DNA of 6,321 nucleotides from Candidatus Heimdallarchaeota archaeon B3_Heim (GTDB taxonomy: Archaea; Asgardarchaeota; Heimdallarchaeia; Hodarchaeales; Hodarchaeaceae): NCBI GenBank assembly GCA_003144275.1, contig NJBF01000095.1:1-6321 (forward strand), written 5' to 3'. Position 1 is the first letter of the stretch, and each line of letters begins with the position of its first letter. Position numbers and translations under genes: made by a program. The notes under the pieces are model-generated. The model had not been told where the DNA came from. It saw only the letters and a program-made list of their open reading frames with translations, and did not search any database. Below, in pieces: positions 1 to 4,688 of the stretch.

Positions 1-1
1 A

Positions 2-103
2 AGAGAAGCTGCTAATCAATCAGGAAAGTCATATGTATTTTCTGTCGCCGAGAGTTCCGCGGAGACATTAAACGCCTGTGGAGAGGCGGTAAGACCTGCA
101 TGA
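2..103 (+). CDS. tnpB: 3' end (partial) of RNA-guided endonuclease TnpB, IS200/IS605 or IS607 family
   Basis: Frame 2 is open from the window edge: REAANQSGKSYVFSVAESSAETLNACGEAVRPA* (TGA 101-103). The tail '..ETLNACGE.VRP' is the characteristic C-terminal sequence of TnpB proteins, where the ORF overlaps the omegaRNA. The catalytic RuvC motifs would lie upstream, outside the window, so they cannot be checked. Confidence 0.8.
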   Translation, partial: REAANQSGKSYVFSVAESSAETLNACGEAVRPA

Positions 104-131
104 ATGCCGGCTCGCGTCTATGAATCAGGAA
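44..131 (+). ncRNA. TnpB omegaRNA/reRNA scaffold (3' part; boundaries approximate)
   Basis: Contains the recognisable tnpB-end motif AAACGCCTGTGGAGAG (70-85) ... GTAAGACC (89-96) ... TGAATCAGGAAG (121-132). Nested pairings read directly: CCTG 75-78 / CAGG 126-129; AGAGGCG 82-88 / CGCGTCT 113-119 (6 of 7 pairs); GCA-TGAA-TGC 98-107. Confidence 0.7.
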
Positions 132-143
132 GACAGCTCCAAA

Positions 144-183
144 GATAGTTAAGAATAGTTTTTCCCAATTATTCCTAGCTGTC
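144..183. repeat. Imperfect inverted repeat / stem-loop (17-bp stem, 6-nt loop)
   Basis: GATAGTTAAGAATAGTT (144-160) pairs with AATTATTCCTAGCTGTC (167-183): 13 Watson-Crick pairs, 3 G-U(T) pairs and 1 mismatch; loop TTTCCC. Confidence 0.75.
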
Positions 184-290
184 CTATTTGGGTAAGTCTT
201 TCAGAACGGTTGTAAAGTTTAATAGCTTATTACTAACTCTAAACCGAGTATCTCAACGACTTAGGAGAGGAGAAAACTAACGAGTTTATT

Positions 291-305
291 AAAGGAATTT
301 ATAAA
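291..305 (+). promoter_or_regulatory. Candidate archaeal BRE + TATA box
   Basis: Purine-rich AAAGGAA (291-297) immediately followed by TTTATAAA (298-305). The box is self-complementary, so orientation is ambiguous. Confidence 0.35.
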
Positions 306-409
306 TTAATTATGGTGAAAAGTATTTAGTGGAAGTTTAATAAAGTTTAACCAAAGTATCACTCACAGTCTGTCTCAGAACACAATTTAAAGAATGAGAC
401 TTTTGTCTG

Positions 410-423
410 AATTGTATACAATT
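410..423. promoter_or_regulatory. Perfect 14-bp palindrome AATTGTATACAATT, candidate transcription-factor operator of the corB-like gene
   Basis: Exact dyad 44 nt upstream of ATG 468. A second inverted repeat, GTCTCA (372-377) / TGAGAC (395-400), brackets a TTTAAA box at 386-391. Confidence 0.5.
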
Positions 424-467
424 ATCTTTCACGTTTTTCTCAAATTAATCGGAGCTAACCGAAACTA

Positions 468-1877
468 ATGGCAGAGTTTGATCTTCTTAGCTTTATTTTC
501 ATCTTATTATTAGCGCTATTCCTTGTGTTAATCAATGGTTTTTTCGTTGCCGCAGAATTTGCTCTTGTAAGTGTTAGACCGTCTAAGGTCGAAGAATTAA
601 TTCAAAAAACTGGCAGCCGTCGTGCTAAAGCTGTGCAAAAAGCCATTGAAAATCAAGATGAGGTAATTAGTGCGACTCAACTTGGAATTACCATGGCAAG
701 CCTTGCTTTAGGATTCTTAGCAGGATCATATATCGATCCTGTGATCGAACTTTTTTTCCATGATCTCGATTTTCTTGCCGTTTTTAGCGGTCTTGCTCTG
801 GGTGGTATTTTTGCTTACGCTATGACAACGTACATGCATGTAGTTATTGGTGAATTAGCGCCAAAAAGCATAGCTCTCCAGTATCCTGCGAAGACCAGTT
901 TATGGATCGCGCAGCCCCTTCATTGGTTTACGTCGCTTTTCAGACCTGTCATTTGGTTCTTTAATAAAACTGGTTGGTTAGTATTGGCCATATTTGGAAT
1001 TAAACCGCTTGTAGGCCATCGTAGCATCCATTCAGAAGACGAGCTAAAGCTTTTGATTTCACAGTCATCTACAGCGGGAATATTGGAAGAACAAGAGACA
1101 GCCATCCTACGAAGAACCTTTGATCTTCCTGATACACAAGTACGGATGATTATGGCACCTCGTCGAGATATGGTTACTATCTCAATGACTGATGATTTTG
1201 CTAAAATCGTAAAAAAGGTAAATAAAAGCGGTCATTCTCGTTTTCCAGTCTTTGATTCGGCCCATGAAAGTGTTATTGGGTTTCTTTATGCTAAAGATCT
1301 GTTAGAATACATGGAACTTGCTTTTGAGAAGGATGTAAAATTTGAGGATACTTTAGAAGACATTAACATTACAGAATTACTCAGAGAGGCGGACATTGTT
1401 CCTGAAACAATGCGTGCTGATCGTATGTTAACCACCTTCCAAGAAAGGAAACGTCATTGCTCTGTAGTGGTCGATGAATATGGAGGAGTTGTGGGATTGA
1501 TTACGTTAGAAGATATTCTCGAACTTCTGGTTGGTGATATTCAAGATGAATATGATACCGAACCTGAGGAAATCACTCCTGTAGGAGGAGGACTAAATGG
1601 AGAATCCAACGTTAACGGTCAAACATCAATTGATGATTTTAATGACTATTTTAAGACAGAACTGGACTCAGATATCTCTGTAACGATTGGTGGTTTGATT
1701 ATTGAAAAAATGGGACGCATACCTATTGAAAATGAAAAAATTCGGATACAAAATCTGATTTTTAGCGTTGCTGAAGTCACAAAACTACGTATTGTGAGTT
1801 TATTAGTGTCTAAGGCCCCTGAAGAAACCGATACCCCTGAAAAATCCATTACTCAGAATAACTCATCTGACAAGTAA
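468..1877 (+). CDS. Hemolysin-family / CorB-CNNM magnesium transport protein (DUF21 TM domain + CBS pair + CorC_HlyC domain)
   Basis: Family motifs NGFFVAAEFALVSVR, SATQLGIT, GELAPKSIA (DUF21); GHSRFPV, GFLYAKDLL, VVDEYGGVVGLITLEDILELLVGDIQDEYD (CBS pair); TIGGLIIEKMGRIP (CorC_HlyC). GGAG at 451-454 lies upstream. Confidence 0.95.
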   Translation: MAEFDLLSFIFILLLALFLVLINGFFVAAEFALVSVRPSKVEELIQKTGSRRAKAVQKAIENQDEVISATQLGITMASLALGFLAGSYIDPVIELFFHDLDFLAVFSGLALGGIFAYAMTTYMHVVIGELAPKSIALQYPAKTSLWIAQPLHWFTSLFRPVIWFFNKTGWLVLAIFGIKPLVGHRSIHSEDELKLLISQSSTAGILEEQETAILRRTFDLPDTQVRMIMAPRRDMVTISMTDDFAKIVKKVNKSGHSRFPVFDSAHESVIGFLYAKDLLEYMELAFEKDVKFEDTLEDINITELLREADIVPETMRADRMLTTFQERKRHCSVVVDEYGGVVGLITLEDILELLVGDIQDEYDTEPEEITPVGGGLNGESNVNGQTSIDDFNDYFKTELDSDISVTIGGLIIEKMGRIPIENEKIRIQNLIFSVAEVTKLRIVSLLVSKAPEETDTPEKSITQNNSSDK

Positions 1878-1914
1878 TCGAAGAAATCTCGTGGGAAATT
1901 TTCTCCTAAAAAGC

Positions 1915-1944
1915 TACCAGAGAAAAAGTTATATACCAGAGAAA
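1915..1944 (+). promoter_or_regulatory. Archaeal-type promoter of the TA operon: BRE-like AGAAAAAG + TTATATA, flanked by an 11-bp direct repeat
   Basis: TTATATA at 1929-1935, preceded by a purine run and about 33 nt upstream of ATG 1968, consistent with a short-leader transcript. TACCAGAGAAA occurs at 1915-1925 and 1934-1944. Confidence 0.65.
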
Positions 1945-1967
1945 CGTCTAAAAATACGAGTGTGTGT

Positions 1968-2207
1968 ATGACAACAGATGAAGGAAAAGTGGGTTCCAAA
2001 GGCGAATTATTCCCCTCTAAAAGGATACGAATCGCTATGGGACTCAAAAAGAACCAAGATATCAAGTATTCGGTCGTACATGGTCGTTTAATTGTTGAAA
2101 TAATTCCAGATCCTATTACATTATTGTCACAACCTCCTAAGGTCAATATTAGCTGGGATGAGTATAAAAAAGATCGTTTGACACTTGCGAAGGAGCTTGA
2201 GACGTGA
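1968..2207 (+). CDS. AbrB/MazE/SpoVT-family DNA-binding antitoxin (VapB-like), 79 aa
   Basis: N-terminal GKVGSKGELFPSKRIRIAMGL...GRLIVE matches the AbrB swapped-hairpin pattern (KV..KG.I..PK.IR..LG). It lies directly upstream of, and overlaps, a PIN gene. ATG 1968 is preferred over GTG 1962. Confidence 0.85.
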   Translation: MTTDEGKVGSKGELFPSKRIRIAMGLKKNQDIKYSVVHGRLIVEIIPDPITLLSQPPKVNISWDEYKKDRLTLAKELET

Positions 2208-2695
2208 AAGTTTTTTTTGATTCTTCGTATTTCTTTCCTTTAATCAAAGTTGAAGTAGAAAACTCTTCTCCAGAAATTCTTTCTTTTGCACATCAGATTA
2301 AATCTTTAGAATTGCATTATTCTTCCATTACCCTGTTTGAACTTTCTGCAAAGGGTGCAAGAATGATAAAATCGGGCAAATTAACATCTAATGATGTAAT
2401 TGAGGGAATAAATGCATTAATCAGGTGGAGAGATGTGATATCAATCGATCCTTGGAATGGAGAAGTCCAAAGATTAGCCTTTTATTTTAGAAATGACCAT
2501 TCAGACTATATTGATTGTTTAGTACTAGCGAGTTCGATAATCACTGCTAATATGTTCATAAGTGAGGATACAACTCTTAGGAACCTTTTAAAAACGAAGT
2601 GGGTGACTAGAGTAGGGGAAATCAACCCAAGGTTTAAAATAGTTAACGCGGACCAATTAAAAGTTGCAATAAATGAAATCGAAAAAAAGTCATAA
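2204..2695 (+). CDS. PIN-domain ribonuclease toxin (VapC family)
   Basis: Acidic PIN catalytic set D6 (FFDSS), E46 (ITLFEL), D104 (DYIDC), D122 (ISED). The GTG start overlaps the antitoxin TGA (GTGA, 2204-2207), with AGGAG at 2191-2195. Confidence 0.9.
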   Translation: MKVFFDSSYFFPLIKVEVENSSPEILSFAHQIKSLELHYSSITLFELSAKGARMIKSGKLTSNDVIEGINALIRWRDVISIDPWNGEVQRLAFYFRNDHSDYIDCLVLASSIITANMFISEDTTLRNLLKTKWVTRVGEINPRFKIVNADQLKVAINEIEKKS

Positions 2696-2931
2696 ATTCA
2701 GAAAGACTGAGTTCTTCTTAAAAAGTATCTTTTAAATCCGAGTTTTGACCAAGCGAGCTAGGAAGGCACTGAATATTCCACTAGATTGGTGAATTCTTCT
2801 ATTGCTGATAAAAATCATCACTTTTTTCTAATTAATCCTCTGACTGATTCAATTAAATCGGATTGAGGGAAATTACTGTCATTGGAAAAAATTCTTCTAG
2901 CAACTTATCCAGCCTCTCAATTGGTGGCTCT

Positions 2932-4050
2932 ATGGTAAATCACTCTAAACCCTTTGATATAATCGTTGTAGGGGCAGGGCCAGGTGGAGCTAGCGCGGCA
3001 ATCCATGCAGCACAGAATGGATATTCAGCCTGCCTCCTTGAAAAGGAATCTTTGGGGATAACAGGCAGATACAAAGCCTGTGGTGGAGCTATAGATTGGA
3101 AAATGGTAGAAGCTCTTGTTTATCCCGAGGAAAAAATTGCTCGAGTAATCGATTCCTTAGAGCTTCATCATTTAGATGGAGAAAGCTATTCTAAAAAGGG
3201 AGAGGGGGCGGTGGTTTGGCGAAGTGTTTTTGACAAATATTTAACTGATGTAGCTGTGGCCCATGGAGTCGTATTCAAAGATGATGAACCTTTGGTCGCA
3301 ATAGAAAAACAAGGGCCGATGTACACTATTTCTACAACGAAAGAGAAATATCAGGCAACTTATGTCCTTGCTTCTGATGGTGTTTCTTCTCCCACCTTAA
3401 GGAAGCTGTATTGGCCTCGCTTTCCGAGAGAAGATCTCATCTTAACAATCACTCAAGAAATGAAAATATCCAAACAAACCATAGCCAAGTTCCTAGGGGA
3501 TAGATCGCTACACTTGTTTTTCAGCATTAAAAGCCTCAGTCATCTGGGGTACGCCTGGTTATTTCCTAAAATTGATCGAATCACTGTTGGTTGGGGAAAT
3601 CAATTAATTAGGATTAATAAGTCTAGGGAAGAATTCAATTTATTCCTTAATATGCCTTTTGTTAAGGATCTGTTGAAAAATTCAACTACTGAACGGTTTA
3701 AAGGCCATTTAATTCCAGTTAGTGTGAGACCTCAATTATTTAAGGAGAATGTTTATGCGGTCGGTGATGCAGGAGGCCTAGTTGATCCAATCAGTGGGAA
3801 GGGGATTCCTTACGCTATCAAATCTGGTCAAATTGCTATTAACACAATTAAATTATGTGAAAACAAGGGTGTCCCATATAAACAAGGGCATTATTATGAA
3901 GAAACACTCGGAAAAGACTTTCTTCAGCTCTTAAGGAAAAAAAGGGTGGCACGTGATAGAATCTATCAGAATGACCAAACTCTGAAGCAATTCTTAACAC
4001 TCTGGGAAAAACATCGGAGCTCAGAAATTGTCAGAAGAGGTTTAATTTAA
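2932..4050 (+). CDS. Geranylgeranyl reductase family FAD-dependent oxidoreductase (372 aa from ATG 2932)
   Basis: Rossmann DIIVVGAGPGG; ACGG motif; RSVFDKYL; ASDGVSS; GYAWLFP; VGDAGGLVDPISGKGI. ATG 2932 is preceded by GGTGG (2923-2927). The TTG-2863 extension is low-complexity and probably not translated. Confidence 0.9.
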   Translation: MVNHSKPFDIIVVGAGPGGASAAIHAAQNGYSACLLEKESLGITGRYKACGGAIDWKMVEALVYPEEKIARVIDSLELHHLDGESYSKKGEGAVVWRSVFDKYLTDVAVAHGVVFKDDEPLVAIEKQGPMYTISTTKEKYQATYVLASDGVSSPTLRKLYWPRFPREDLILTITQEMKISKQTIAKFLGDRSLHLFFSIKSLSHLGYAWLFPKIDRITVGWGNQLIRINKSREEFNLFLNMPFVKDLLKNSTTERFKGHLIPVSVRPQLFKENVYAVGDAGGLVDPISGKGIPYAIKSGQIAINTIKLCENKGVPYKQGHYYEETLGKDFLQLLRKKRVARDRIYQNDQTLKQFLTLWEKHRSSEIVRRGLI

Positions 4051-4066
4051 TAAAGCCTCTGTACCA

Positions 4067-4113
4067 AGGAACCTTATGAAAGAGGATGGGTGTATTACCT
4101 CTTTTCCGTTCCT
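4067..4113. terminator. Hairpin between convergent genes, possible bidirectional terminator
   Basis: AAAGAGG (4079-4085) / CCTCTTT (4098-4104), with an outer AGGAAC (4067-4072) / GTTCCT (4108-4113), in the 65-nt gap between two stop codons. Confidence 0.35.
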
Positions 4114-4115
4114 AG

Positions 4116-4496
4116 TTAAGTTTCTTCCATAATGTCATTTTCTCTACTTGATTTCGGTACAATTATTTTTATAGTGCCCAACATTATGGTTGGCTGTGTT
4201 ATTGCTTCGTAAAGGGTAGTATCTATTGGAATATGATCTAGGCGCGTCTGTCTTAGGAAATACTCAATTCCAGCTCCTATTAACATGAAGGGGCTGGCTA
4301 TAATTAAATACCCCCATCCACTCATGGCTATGAATATTCCTGTAGCTTCTAACAAATTTGTAGGGTATTTCACCAGCGTATCTAGGAATATTAGGAATTG
4401 CAACATAAGATATGGCAGATAGGTCCATTTCACAATTTTAATGATTGGAATAAACTCGTAACTCGGGAGTGCTCTATAATTTTGATTTTGGGTCAT
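4116..4496 (-). CDS. Hypothetical small membrane protein (about 2 TM segments)
   Basis: 126-aa ORF with hydrophobic stretches WTYLPYLMLQFLIFL and GIFIAMSGWGYLIIASPFMLIGAGI. A strong GGTGAGG RBS (complement of 4504-4510) lies 7 nt before the ATG, and a candidate AAAGG-TTTATTA promoter box is near 4532-4543. No family recognised. Confidence 0.7.
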   Translation of the reverse strand: MTQNQNYRALPSYEFIPIIKIVKWTYLPYLMLQFLIFLDTLVKYPTNLLEATGIFIAMSGWGYLIIASPFMLIGAGIEYFLRQTRLDHIPIDTTLYEAITQPTIMLGTIKIIVPKSSRENDIMEET

Positions 4497-4688
4497 CTCT
4501 TGGCCTCACCCGTTTTGAGGATTGATTCTTCTAATAAACCTTTGTGACTTCTTTAGCGGGTATGATTTTTCTTAAACATTGGATTTGTCCATTTAAGGGG
4601 CTATGGGGTTGTTAATGGATAAAAAAGTAATTTCCAATGACCGAGTAGCACTTAGTTCAGAATACTACAATATGCGTACTCTGTCCCC

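Larger units (their letters stand above)
1..203 (+). mobile_element. Right end of a tnpB-carrying insertion sequence (end point uncertain: ~131 or ~203)
   Basis: tnpB tail and omegaRNA motif, followed by a 17-bp imperfect hairpin (144-183) and then GGTAAGTCTTTCA (191-203). This resembles the subterminal hairpin plus ..TTCA tetranucleotide arrangement of IS200/IS605 right ends. The left end and tnpA are outside the window. Confidence 0.55.

Noticed and set aside
179-280. Short open frame (..RTVVKFNSLLLTLNRVSQRLRRGEN*), possibly the remnant of a gene interrupted by the IS
   Set aside because: No convincing start codon or homology visible. It cannot be distinguished from a chance open frame.
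130-350. Short repeats considered as a possible CRISPR or mini-array next to the TnpB end
   Set aside because: The repeats are only 8-10 nt, degenerate and irregularly spaced, with no repeat-spacer periodicity.
920-1105. 61-aa minus-strand ORF
   Set aside because: Antisense shadow inside the well-supported CorB/CNNM gene, with no motif or RBS.
1646-1849. 67-aa minus-strand ORF
   Set aside because: Antisense to the CorC_HlyC domain coding region, with no recognisable features.
1853-2146. 97-aa minus-strand ORF
   Set aside because: Overlaps the antitoxin, its promoter and the corB-like stop codon in antisense. The plus-strand interpretation is much better supported.
2698-2829. Weak TCAG/CTGA hairpin and T-tract after the PIN gene as a terminator
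   Set aside because: The stem is only 4-5 bp, and T-runs are common at this AT content. Not supportable.
2863-2931. TTG-initiated N-terminal extension of the reductase
   Set aside because: Ser-rich low-complexity peptide. ATG 2932 has an RBS and places the Rossmann motif at the usual N-terminal position.
468-4050. Idea that the corB-like, TA and reductase genes form one functional operon or system
   Set aside because: The TA pair has its own promoter, a 236-nt gap precedes the reductase ATG, and no shared pathway is known. Co-orientation alone is insufficient.
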